DNA from: a virus
Lineage: Duplodnaviria > Caudoviricetes
Reading direction: 5' to 3' (one strand)
DNA: 25,394 bases
Virus record (IMG/VR): IMGVR_UViG_3300037470_000149
Span: 1 to 25,394 of that record
Position 1 is the stretch's first letter. Each line of letters starts with the position of its first letter. The translations under genes were made by a program, and so were the position numbers. A model generated the notes under the pieces. The model saw only the letters and a program-made list of their open reading frames with translations, searched no databases and had not been told where the DNA came from. This document shows, one piece after another, positions 7,034 through 15,299 of the stretch.

Positions 7034-7056
7034 AAAGCCTCCTGCTGGACGCGAAA

Positions 7057-7085
7057 ATAGTAGCAGTTCCCGGCACATGCGGCAA
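7057..7085 (-). promoter_or_regulatory. sigma70-like promoter TTGCCG-N17-TACTAT
   Basis: 17-nt spacing; directly upstream of the SD and ATG 7033. Confidence 0.55.
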
Positions 7086-7228
7086 CTGGAATATGGGCCT
7101 ACCGCACAGTCCCGCTGAGGCGCTGCAAGCCCCGAGCCGTTCCACTGACACCAGCCAACTTCGTTCCGCCCGTCCACGGCTCGCGCTGAGGCGATAGGGC
7201 GGCATTCCAGCGATAAGGAAACACACCA

Positions 7229-7933
7229 ATGAGCGACATTTACAGCCGCAAGACGGACACGCCTGTTGCGGGCGACCTGGTTGCGTTCTACAGGTCCAGC
7301 GGACATCGCATATTCCCGCTGCGCACCGACGTTGTGGATATGCTGTCCGGCCTATCGCTGACCGGCGACATGACGTTCAGCGGGGGTGTGACGTTCACGG
7401 ATGGGATCACTGGCACCTTTACATCAGCCAGCACGGACGGCGGCACCAGCGTTGAGCCGATTGCAGTGACCTCTACCATGACTGGTGCGGGCGGTGTGGG
7501 CGGTCGTGCGAGATTCAAGTTAGCTGCGGATGGGGCGCTCGGCGGGTGGGCCAATGCGATTAAGGGCCACACTGTGTTCGGGGCGAGCGGGTCAGTCACG
7601 GGCCTTGGTTCCGCTGTGCTTGCGGAACTTGAACTGTCGGCGGGCACAGCCTCGGGCAGTTACGCGCCGCTGGAAATCGAACTAGGCTTGGCTACTGATG
7701 CCCTGACGGGCTCACGCGCCTCGTTCATATCGCTGAACTTGTATGGCGACGATGCCAGCACGTTCGACGACAACGGCTATCTGTTCGACCTCAACGGGGT
7801 AACGGCCGGGGCCACGAAGATGCACCGTACCGGGCTATCGCAGGCCGTGACGGCATCGGCGAACCTGCGCATCATCATCGACGGGACGAATTACTTCATC
7901 CCGCTGTGCGCCGTGTCGGCACTGACCAGCTAG
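7229..7933 (+). CDS. Gly/Thr/Ser-rich fibre-like virion protein
   Basis: SD TAAGGA; beta-rich alternating residue pattern; C-terminal LRIIIDGTNYFIPL resembles fibre-tip motifs. Confidence 0.65.
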   Translation: MSDIYSRKTDTPVAGDLVAFYRSSGHRIFPLRTDVVDMLSGLSLTGDMTFSGGVTFTDGITGTFTSASTDGGTSVEPIAVTSTMTGAGGVGGRARFKLAADGALGGWANAIKGHTVFGASGSVTGLGSAVLAELELSAGTASGSYAPLEIELGLATDALTGSRASFISLNLYGDDASTFDDNGYLFDLNGVTAGATKMHRTGLSQAVTASANLRIIIDGTNYFIPLCAVSALTS

Positions 7934-7936
7934 GCC

Positions 7937-8110
7937 ATGACCATGCAGGAAGGGCTGATGGCGACGATTCGGGAGCGGGTCGAGCAGTACCAGCAATCCG
8001 AACGCCATCACCTCAATCAGGCTAATGCCTGTGCCGGGGCTGCGCAGGCCTTGACGGAACTGCTGGCGGAAATCGAGCGCAGCGGAGGTGACGATGATGC
8101 CAAACGCTGA
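7937..8110 (+). CDS. Small helical protein, 57 aa (MTMQEGLMATIRERVEQYQQSERHHLNQANACAGAAQALTELLAEIERSGGDDDAKR)
   Basis: Not in the ORF track; fills the gap between the fibre-like gene and portal. Confidence 0.6.
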   Translation: MTMQEGLMATIRERVEQYQQSERHHLNQANACAGAAQALTELLAEIERSGGDDDAKR

Positions 8111-8142
8111 GCCGTTCCACGCGACGGCCATCCGAGCATAAT

Positions 8143-10449
8143 ATGGCAACTGACAACGAAATCACCGGGTCCGTCGAGGACGCGGACGGAGAGGTTGTGC
8201 CCGCAGCCGAGCCGGATTTCGTGCAGGCATGGCTCGACGCCATCGAATCCGCGTCCGATGAGGAAAAGGACTGGCGCCGTGACGCCGACAAGGCGGTCCA
8301 AGCCTATCGCGGCAAGGAAGGCCCCGGCAAGTCGTTCAACATCTACCACGCCAACATCGAGACACTCGCGCCTGCCGTCTACAACTCTGTACCCGCCCCT
8401 GATGTGCGCCGCCGCTTCCTCGACCCGAACCCGGCGGCCAAGGTCGTGGCAGACATCATTGAGCGGGCGATAAGCTACTCGCTCGACAGTTACGATTTCG
8501 ACGGCGGCATGTCAGCGGCGGTGCGTGACATGCTGATACCTGGCCGTGGTCAGCTCAGGGTGCGCTACGGGGCCAGCGTCGGCGAGGATGACGCGCTGGC
8601 CTATGAGGAGGTGACCTGCGAATACGTGCCTTGGCGCTCGTTCCGGCGCGGTCCAGGGCGCGTCTGGGCCGATGTAACATGGATAGCCTTCGAGCATTTC
8701 CTCGACCGCACCACCATCAAGGCGCGGGTGCCGGACGCGGTATTCAAGGAGATCCCGTTCAAGTACAGCGCGAGCGCCAAGACGGGCGAGGAAGAGGACA
8801 ACGAAGAGGCCACGAAAGCCCCGCCGCGCTTCGGCCGCCGCGCCCATGTCTGGGAAATCTGGGATAAGGAGAAGCGCGAGGTCCATTTCATCTGCGCCGA
8901 CTATGCTGAGCGTCGGTTGTGGACCGTCGAAGACCCGCTCGAACTGACCGATTTCTATCCGATCCCGCGTTCGTTGCAGGCCATCTCGACCACCGACAGT
9001 CTGGTGCCGATCACCTCCTATTCGCTCTACGAGGCTCTGCTCAAAGAGTTCGATGACGTAAACAAGCGTATCACCAAGCTAATCGGTGCGTTGCGGCCTC
9101 GGGCGATTTACGCCGGCATCGTAGCGGACATTCAGGCGGCCATCGAAGCGGATGACCTTGAGTTTATTCCGGCCCAGGGCGCGGAAATCTTCATCCAGTC
9201 CGGTGGCGGGCTCGACAAGGCGATCTCGTGGTTCCCTCTGGACCCGATCACCTCGGCGCTGCAGCAGCTCGTCCAGCAGCGCGAACTGATCAAGCAGAAC
9301 ATTTACGAGGTCACGAAGATTGCCGACGTGATGCGCGGTGTATCGGACCCGCGTGAGACCAAGGGCGCCCAGCAGCTCAAGTCGGAATGGGGTTCGCTCG
9401 CGGTGCAGGGTATGCAGGCGGAAGTGGCGCGTTTCGCCCGTGACCTGTTCCGGCTCAAGACTGAGGTGATTGCCGGCAAGATGGGCTTCGACACACTGCT
9501 GATGATGACCGGCATAAACCTGCCGACCGAGCAGGAAAAGCAGGCCGCGATCCAGCAGTACCAGCAGGCGCAGGCGGCAGCGCAGCAGCCCCAGCCACAG
9601 GCTGAGGGCCAACCCACGGCTGAAGCGCCGCCTGCTCCGCCACAGCCGAGCCCGGAGGAGATCAAATACTACACCGGCCCGAGCCGTGAGGAAGCCGAGC
9701 AGCTTCTGAGAAATGATGCGATCCGGTCGTACCACATCGACATCGAGAGCGATTCCACGGTGCGCGCCGATCTTGGCCGGCAACAGCAGCAGATGAGCGA
9801 GTTCCTGGCCGGTGTCGGGCAGTTCGGCCAGGCGGTCGGGCCGATGATCGAGGCCGGCGCGATGCCGATGGAAGTCGCCATTGAGATATTCTCGTCGTTC
9901 GCGCGCCGCTTCAAGCTCGGCAAGCAGGCCGAGGATGCGCTGGACCAGTGGGCCGACCAGACGAAGCAGCAGGGCCAAGCCAATCAAGGACAGCCCGACC
10001 CGGCGCAAGCGCAAGCCCAGGCCGAGCAGCAGGCCCAGATGCAAGCCGAACAGGCCAAGCTGCAGGCCGAAGGCGAGATCGAGCAGGCCAGGATCGCCGC
10101 CGACCAGCAGAAGACGCAGGCGCAACTACAGGCGGAGCAGGCCAAAGCACAAGCCGAGTTGCAGGCCCGGATGCAGGAAGGTCAAGCCAAGCTGGCGTTT
10201 GAGGCCGAGCGGTTCAAGGCCGAAACCGAACTACGCCAGCAGGAAATCGCTATCAAGCGCGATGAGCAGGCGCAAAAGGCCATCGATGCCGAGCGCGCCA
10301 ATGCCATCAAGGAACGGGAACTGGCCCTGAAAGAGCGCGAGATCGTAATGCGATCCATCGACCAGGACAAGCAGCGGGCCGCCAATACGCAAGACAAGCG
10401 GTTCGCTGCCACATCCAAGTCAACGCCGTCGCAGAGGCCGGCAGCCTAG
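8143..10449 (+). CDS. Portal protein, podovirus type with long C-terminal coiled coil
   Basis: 768 aa; motifs FNIYHANIETLAPAVY, IYEVTKIADVMRG..DPRETKGAQQLK and YHIDIESDST; lies between terL and scaffold/capsid; Q/A/E-rich helical tail. Confidence 0.85.
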   Translation: MATDNEITGSVEDADGEVVPAAEPDFVQAWLDAIESASDEEKDWRRDADKAVQAYRGKEGPGKSFNIYHANIETLAPAVYNSVPAPDVRRRFLDPNPAAKVVADIIERAISYSLDSYDFDGGMSAAVRDMLIPGRGQLRVRYGASVGEDDALAYEEVTCEYVPWRSFRRGPGRVWADVTWIAFEHFLDRTTIKARVPDAVFKEIPFKYSASAKTGEEEDNEEATKAPPRFGRRAHVWEIWDKEKREVHFICADYAERRLWTVEDPLELTDFYPIPRSLQAISTTDSLVPITSYSLYEALLKEFDDVNKRITKLIGALRPRAIYAGIVADIQAAIEADDLEFIPAQGAEIFIQSGGGLDKAISWFPLDPITSALQQLVQQRELIKQNIYEVTKIADVMRGVSDPRETKGAQQLKSEWGSLAVQGMQAEVARFARDLFRLKTEVIAGKMGFDTLLMMTGINLPTEQEKQAAIQQYQQAQAAAQQPQPQAEGQPTAEAPPAPPQPSPEEIKYYTGPSREEAEQLLRNDAIRSYHIDIESDSTVRADLGRQQQQMSEFLAGVGQFGQAVGPMIEAGAMPMEVAIEIFSSFARRFKLGKQAEDALDQWADQTKQQGQANQGQPDPAQAQAQAEQQAQMQAEQAKLQAEGEIEQARIAADQQKTQAQLQAEQAKAQAELQARMQEGQAKLAFEAERFKAETELRQQEIAIKRDEQAQKAIDAERANAIKERELALKEREIVMRSIDQDKQRAANTQDKRFAATSKSTPSQRPAA

Positions 10450-10452
10450 TCC

Positions 10453-10854
10453 ATGGGCAACAGGGCATCACGGGTCTGGTACGACACTGGTGCCGACGAC
10501 CCTATGATCACCGTTGCCGATGCGATCAGTAATCTGGAAAGCAGCGTTCACCTTGAAGAGGTCACGGTCGCATCGGATGCCACAACCGACATAGGCGGCG
10601 CGGCCTCACTACGGGTTCGCGTCACCGGCACAACTGGCATCACGAGCTTCGGAACTGAGATCAACCGGCTGCGCATCGTGCACTTCGATGATGCTCTGAC
10701 GATTACCCACCACGGCACTAGTCTGGTGCTGCCAGGCAGTGCGGACATGACGGCGGCGGCGGGGGACATCCTCATTGCTCTGTCCGATGCGAGCGGCAAC
10801 TGGCGGGTCATCCAGCAAATCCCGACTGCGGGCAACACCGCATACTGGGCTTAA
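10453..10854 (+). CDS. Stand-alone tail-fibre-like domain protein
   Basis: ASDATTDIG..VTGTTGITSFGT..ALTITHHGTSLVLPG..AAAGD..GNWRV resembles a module seen inside alphaproteobacterial phage fibres. Confidence 0.6.
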   Translation: MGNRASRVWYDTGADDPMITVADAISNLESSVHLEEVTVASDATTDIGGAASLRVRVTGTTGITSFGTEINRLRIVHFDDALTITHHGTSLVLPGSADMTAAAGDILIALSDASGNWRVIQQIPTAGNTAYWA

Positions 10855-10864
10855 GCGAGGCAAT

Positions 10865-11173
10865 ATGGCTCGATACGTTTGGAAAGACGGTCATTTCCGC
10901 GACCGTGACGGCAACCCCATGTCGGTCCCGGAACGCGCCGAGTTGTGCTGCCCGAGCGTGCTGCCGGACATCCACGAATACATCTCGCCCGTCACCGGCA
11001 CGCCGATCACGTCGCGCTCGCATCGACGCTACGACCTGGAGGCCAACGGGTGCATCGAGATGGACCCGCCGGCCAAACCCCGAGGCTATCGCAACAAGCG
11101 GTTCGCCGAAAAGCGCGGCCTGCCGCTGAACGAAGAAGCCCGTGACACGGCGGGGAATACGGAATGGCTATGA
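10865..11173 (+). CDS. Conserved-type phage protein between portal and scaffold
   Basis: SD GAGG before ATG 10865; motif DIxEYISPVTGxxITSRSxRRxDLxxNGCIE. Confidence 0.75.
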   Translation: MARYVWKDGHFRDRDGNPMSVPERAELCCPSVLPDIHEYISPVTGTPITSRSHRRYDLEANGCIEMDPPAKPRGYRNKRFAEKRGLPLNEEARDTAGNTEWL

Positions 11174-11778
11174 CTTCCCTTTATGCTGAAATCCGGCAAT
11201 GCCAAGTCAAGCTATGGAAGTGCCCGTTGCTTGGCGGCGGCGTAATTCAAGGGTGGGATGAGCAAGACGAATTTATAGACGCGATCACCTCGGAGATCAG
11301 TACGCGCGGATCGTATTTGACGGGATGTGAATACGATTTGCCCGGCGGACACGATCCCCACAATGGAGTGGGGCGGCATTACTTTACGAAGCAGCAGTAT
11401 GAGGAGCGCCAGCCCACTGTCAAGTATGAGCGCCTTGCTGAAGACCAGCAGAGCGTCTGGGAACAGCAACAGGCAGAGAAGCATCGCGAGAAAGAGGCGA
11501 TTGCACAACGCGAATGGGAACAAGAAGAAAATCGCCGCCGTGAGCAAGCCGACCGTGAACGGCAGCAAAAACAGCAGGAATTGTGCCGCACCATCACCGA
11601 CGAAAATGGACGAAGGCGCGGGACGGCCACGATCAAGGATGACGGCACATGCTTCTATCAAGTGGAGGGAGCGCTGTGGTGCCAACACAAAACGCTGCGA
11701 GAAACAGCAAACCATCAAATCGCGATTGAAGACGCGATAGCGGCGCTGTCCGCCGCCGGCTTGTCGATAGCCGACTGA
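11170..11778 (+). CDS. Hypothetical protein with central charged coiled coil (probable insertion)
   Basis: ATGA-coupled start (alternative start 11164); visibly more A/T-ending codons than neighbours. Confidence 0.65.
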   Translation: MTSLYAEIRQCQVKLWKCPLLGGGVIQGWDEQDEFIDAITSEISTRGSYLTGCEYDLPGGHDPHNGVGRHYFTKQQYEERQPTVKYERLAEDQQSVWEQQQAEKHREKEAIAQREWEQEENRRREQADRERQQKQQELCRTITDENGRRRGTATIKDDGTCFYQVEGALWCQHKTLRETANHQIAIEDAIAALSAAGLSIAD

Positions 11779-11808
11779 GTAATCCCGTAACCCAATCATA
11801 GGTGTTTC

Positions 11809-12972
11809 ATGTCGATTGAATCTGCCGCGGCGGAGGCGATGCCTGCTGCCGACGAAGAACTTGCGCCTGAAGCCGAAGCCGAGGCCCCAGAGGCACTGTC
11901 CACCGCTGATGACGAATCAGACGGCGACGAGCTTGAGGTCGAGCTTGGTGCCCTTTGGGATAAGATGGAACAGCCGCGCGGCAAGGACGGCAAGTTTGCC
12001 TCCCGCAACGCGGATGGCGATGACGAACACTCCGCCGAAGGTGAGGCGGACGAAGATTCAGAAGCAGGCCAGCCCGAGGAAAAGCCGGAAGGCGAGGCGG
12101 AACCCCCGCTTATCGCCGCGCCGGACACCTGGCCTGCCGAGATGCAGGAGCGGTTCAAGTCCCTGCCCCCGGAGGTCCGTGACTTTGCAGAGTTCGCGGC
12201 CCAAAGGGAACAGGCTTACGGCGACGCTTTCACTCGTGTCGGGCAAAGTGTGTACGAAACGGAACATCGGCTCATGGAGATCGAGCCGGTGGAAAAGGTG
12301 CTCGCACCGTTCGCGGATGAAATCGCGCGACGCGGCGTCTCGAAGGCTCAGGCGGTCTATTCGCTCCTTCAGGCCCAGCGGATGCTCGACACGAATCCGA
12401 TTGGCGGCACGATGCAAATTCTCCAATCGTACGGATTCAACCCTGCACAGGTAGCGCAGGCCATCGTCGCACATGCCCAGCAGCAGCCCAACGCTCCCCA
12501 GTATCAGCAGCCCCAGCAGGCTTACCAGCAGCAACAGCAGGTAATGCCGTATGTGGCGGCGCTGGAGGCCAAGGTTCAGCAGCTAGAGAGCAAGTGGGGC
12601 GAACAGGAACGCGCGACCTACGAGTACGAAACCCAACGCCTGAACCAGCAGATCGACGATTTCGCCAAAGACAAGCCCTACTTCGATGAAGTGCGCCCGA
12701 TGATGGCGACCCTTCTTCAGGGCGGGCAGGCGCAAGACCTGGATACTGCCTACGACATGGCCGTGAACGCCAGCCCCTCTACCCGTGAACGGCTCCGCGA
12801 GGAAGTCCGCAAAGCGGAGGAGGGCAAGCGCAAGGCCGAGCAGAAGTCCAAGGCCGAGCAGGCCCGCAAGTCAACGGCTGTCAACGTGAAATCCGGACCG
12901 TCTGGCACGGCATCAAACCCCAAGACAATCGACGACACGCTTGAACTGGCGTGGCGTCAGGCAACAGCATAA
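11809..12972 (+). CDS. Capsid scaffolding protein
   Basis: Acidic N-terminus, PRGKDGKFA motif, helical body, LDTAYDMAV motif; immediately upstream of the capsid gene. Confidence 0.8.
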   Translation: MSIESAAAEAMPAADEELAPEAEAEAPEALSTADDESDGDELEVELGALWDKMEQPRGKDGKFASRNADGDDEHSAEGEADEDSEAGQPEEKPEGEAEPPLIAAPDTWPAEMQERFKSLPPEVRDFAEFAAQREQAYGDAFTRVGQSVYETEHRLMEIEPVEKVLAPFADEIARRGVSKAQAVYSLLQAQRMLDTNPIGGTMQILQSYGFNPAQVAQAIVAHAQQQPNAPQYQQPQQAYQQQQQVMPYVAALEAKVQQLESKWGEQERATYEYETQRLNQQIDDFAKDKPYFDEVRPMMATLLQGGQAQDLDTAYDMAVNASPSTRERLREEVRKAEEGKRKAEQKSKAEQARKSTAVNVKSGPSGTASNPKTIDDTLELAWRQATA

Positions 12973-12983
12973 GGAACTGAACA

Positions 12984-13064
12984 ATGGCATCCCCCAACAG
13001 TGTCTTCACCGAAATGGTGACGACCACGCTGCGCAACCACTCGCGTGAGCTGGTTGACAACGTT
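12984..13064 (+). CDS. Major capsid protein, exon 1 (MASPNSVFTEMVTTTLRNHSRELVDNV)
   Basis: SD TAAGGA; 27 codons, then TAA at the intron start; joins exon 2 in frame. Confidence 0.9.
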
Positions 13065-13798
13065 TAATAGCTAGACGTTGAAAAATCGGGTGAAAACGGT
13101 GAAGGCTGAGATGCTAATACCGTGCCAAGCCATGCATGTAGTGGTATACTGCCACGAGGGGCATGGACGGTGTAACGACTAGGCGGTGAGGAAACGATAA
13201 TCCGCCCACGAGCGCCCGACAGTCTAGGAAATCCATAGAGGGGAATCCCGAATGGCAGTGATCTACGGTCTTGTGCACATCGCTTCCGGCAAAATGTATG
13301 TCGGGTGCACAGCGGGGAAGCCCGCAAAGCGGTTCCGTGAACATCGGTGCCTTCTCAACAACGGTAAGCACACGTCGGCAAAAATCCAGGCGGTCTGGTC
13401 GCTGGACGGCTCAGAGGCGTTCAAGTTCGATATTCTCGAAGACTTGGGCCACAACGCCTCATTCGAGCGCAGGAAAGCGGCGGAGCAACGCTGGATCGAC
13501 GCGATGGATGCAAAGGGCCTGCTCTACAACGCCTATCGGGTGGCGTTCTCCATGCCCCGCGAAGTGACGCAAATGGGCATTGAGGCGTCCCGGCATGTGG
13601 CCGGGAACCGATGGACGCCAGAGGCCAATGAGAAGCGCAGGCAGGCCCAATTGGGCAAGCCAAAGGGCCACGGAGCCAAGATCAGCGCGACCAAGCGAGC
13701 ACGGCGCGCAGCACTGCTAGACTGATGAGATAGTCTGGACAGCAGGGAAACGAACCTGCTGAAGCATCGGATAAAGAGCCGGTGCGGTAACACAATCG
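13065..13798 (+). mobile_element. Group I self-splicing intron (734 nt) in the major capsid gene, with a homing endonuclease in L8
   Basis: P1 CAACGTT/GACGTTG with U13064-G13074 wobble; P3 TCGGGTG(13086-92)/CGCCCGA(13213-19); P4 CGGT/ACCG; P7 GACTA(13177-81)/TAGTC(13731-35); P7.1 hairpin; P8 CAGTCTAG(13220-27)/CTAGACTG(13717-24); two P9-region hairpins; terminal G13798. Confidence 0.93.
13252..13725 (+). CDS. GIY-YIG homing endonuclease with NUMOD3-like basic tail, intron-encoded
   Basis: VIYG..MYVGCT..KRFREH, conserved-type Glu (AEQRWI) and LYN; C-terminal EANEKRRQAQLG and AKISATK repeats. Confidence 0.9.
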   Translation: MAVIYGLVHIASGKMYVGCTAGKPAKRFREHRCLLNNGKHTSAKIQAVWSLDGSEAFKFDILEDLGHNASFERRKAAEQRWIDAMDAKGLLYNAYRVAFSMPREVTQMGIEASRHVAGNRWTPEANEKRRQAQLGKPKGHGAKISATKRARRAALLD

Positions 13799-14683
13799 AG
13801 CAACCACAATGCTCTTTTTCGTATCCTCAAGGATAAGAAGAAGATCGAGTCCGTCAACGGCGGCTACGAGATCGTCCGGCCCCTCGAATACGACGAGAAC
13901 CAGACGTTCCAGCGCTACTCCGGCTACGACACCCTGAACATCGCTGCTTCCGACGTGATGAGCGCCGCGAAGTACGACTGGGCGCAGTCGGCCATCCACG
14001 TCACGGCCTCCGGCCGCGATCTGCGGATGAACAATGGCAAGGAGCAGATGATCAATCTGGTCAAGGCCCGCATCAAGAACGCGATGAACACCGCTGCCAA
14101 CAATATGTCGGTGGACATCTATTCGGACGGCGCGCTCACCAACCAGATCGGCGGTCTGTCTCACCTTCTCCAAGCGGCCGGCACGGGCACGGTGGGGGGC
14201 ATCAACTCCTCGACCTACACGTTCTGGAAAAACCAGTTCCTGGAGATGGCGGGCACCGGCACCTGGTCGAAGTCGACCATCAAGGGCGAGATGAACACGC
14301 TCTGGCTGGACTGTGTGCGCGGCAAGGACAAGCCGGACCTGATCATCATGTCGCATGATGTCTATTCGGCTTACGAGGAAGCCCTGCAAGACCTGCAGCG
14401 CTACGGCGATGTCCAGAAGGCGGCAGCCGGCTTTGAGTCCCTGAAGTACAAGACGGCGAACGTCATCTTCGATGACAACACCAACTTCGGGACCACGGCT
14501 GAACTGGCCTACTTCCTGAACACCGACTACCTCGGGCTGTGCCAGCATCCGCAGGCGAAGTGGACGCAGGACGACCAGAAGGTGCCGGTCAACCAGGATG
14601 CGGTGGTCGTGCCGCTGTACTGGATGGGCCAGATGGTGACGACAAACCGTAGTTTGCAAGGTCGCCTGTACGACGAAGCCTAA
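13799..14683 (+). CDS. Major capsid protein, exon 2 (spliced product 321 aa)
   Basis: Frame open from 13799 (SNHNALFRILK...GGYEIVRPLEY...YSGYDTL...) through GGINSSTYTFWKNQ, PDLII, YFLNTDY and NRSLQG motifs of podoviral capsid proteins. Confidence 0.92.
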   Translation, partial: SNHNALFRILKDKKKIESVNGGYEIVRPLEYDENQTFQRYSGYDTLNIAASDVMSAAKYDWAQSAIHVTASGRDLRMNNGKEQMINLVKARIKNAMNTAANNMSVDIYSDGALTNQIGGLSHLLQAAGTGTVGGINSSTYTFWKNQFLEMAGTGTWSKSTIKGEMNTLWLDCVRGKDKPDLIIMSHDVYSAYEEALQDLQRYGDVQKAAAGFESLKYKTANVIFDDNTNFGTTAELAYFLNTDYLGLCQHPQAKWTQDDQKVPVNQDAVVVPLYWMGQMVTTNRSLQGRLYDEA

Positions 14684-14689
14684 TCAATC

Positions 14690-14720
14690 GGGCGGCTCTT
14701 CGGGGCCGCCCTTCCTCATT
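14690..14720 (+). terminator. Hairpin GGGCGGCTC-TTCG-GGGCCGCCC after the capsid gene (leaky terminator or stabiliser)
   Basis: 9-bp stem with a C(UUCG)G tetraloop and an interrupted pyrimidine tail. Confidence 0.7.
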
Positions 14721-14740
14721 CTCAAGACGGAGAACTTTCA

Positions 14741-15211
14741 ATGGCTATGCATGTTGCAGGACTTAAAGTGGACACCCCTGCGTCCACCACCCCTGAATGG
14801 ACGCCCGGCACCGTTGCCGCGACGTTCGATGGCACCAGCTACAAGGTGTACAAGTACGTCATGTACGACGACGGCGACATAACGACCGATGGTGTGGCCG
14901 GAGAGGTGGCGTATTACCTCGCCGATACCGGCTATGCCGCGCACACCGTCACGTCGGACCTCACGGCGTCCAGTGAGGTCGGTGCCGGCGTGTTGCAGGT
15001 CGACATGGTGACACAGGAGTATGCGTGGATTCAGATCAAGGGCGTCGCCACCCTTACCATCGCGCTGTCGGCGGACACCGATGGAGCCCCGCTGACCCCG
15101 ACTGGCGGTGCCGATGGCACGCTGGACGATGCCACGGCCGCGACGGACCACATCTGCGCGGTCACGATCAACGGCGGCGACAAGCTGATCCTCTGCGACT
15201 TCCCGTACTGA
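14741..15211 (+). CDS. Putative capsid decoration/cement protein
   Basis: Follows the capsid gene; small, acidic, beta-rich; YKYV...YAWIQIKG pattern. Confidence 0.6.
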   Translation: MAMHVAGLKVDTPASTTPEWTPGTVAATFDGTSYKVYKYVMYDDGDITTDGVAGEVAYYLADTGYAAHTVTSDLTASSEVGAGVLQVDMVTQEYAWIQIKGVATLTIALSADTDGAPLTPTGGADGTLDDATAATDHICAVTINGGDKLILCDFPY

Positions 15212-15239
15212 CGGGGATTTGCGGGCCACACCACGAGAG

Positions 15240-15259
15240 CGGGGGCAATAATGCCCCCG
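15240..15259 (+). terminator. Intergenic hairpin CGGGGGCA-ATAA-TGCCCCCG
   Basis: Perfect 8-bp stem; no clear U tract. Confidence 0.45.
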
Positions 15260-15299
15260 TCTCACTGTATCACCAGTATCAAACCAGGAGCTATCATCC

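Noticed and set aside
6530-7228. Direct repeats flanking the 6.5-7.1 kb cassette (also checked around 24.4-24.66 kb)
   Set aside because: I found no convincing flanking duplication by eye; a computational repeat search would be needed to exclude one.
13955-14683. 242-aa ORF as the complete capsid protein, or the capsid gene as a pseudogene
   Set aside because: The frame is open from 13799, and intron removal joins it precisely to exon 1, which has a strong SD.
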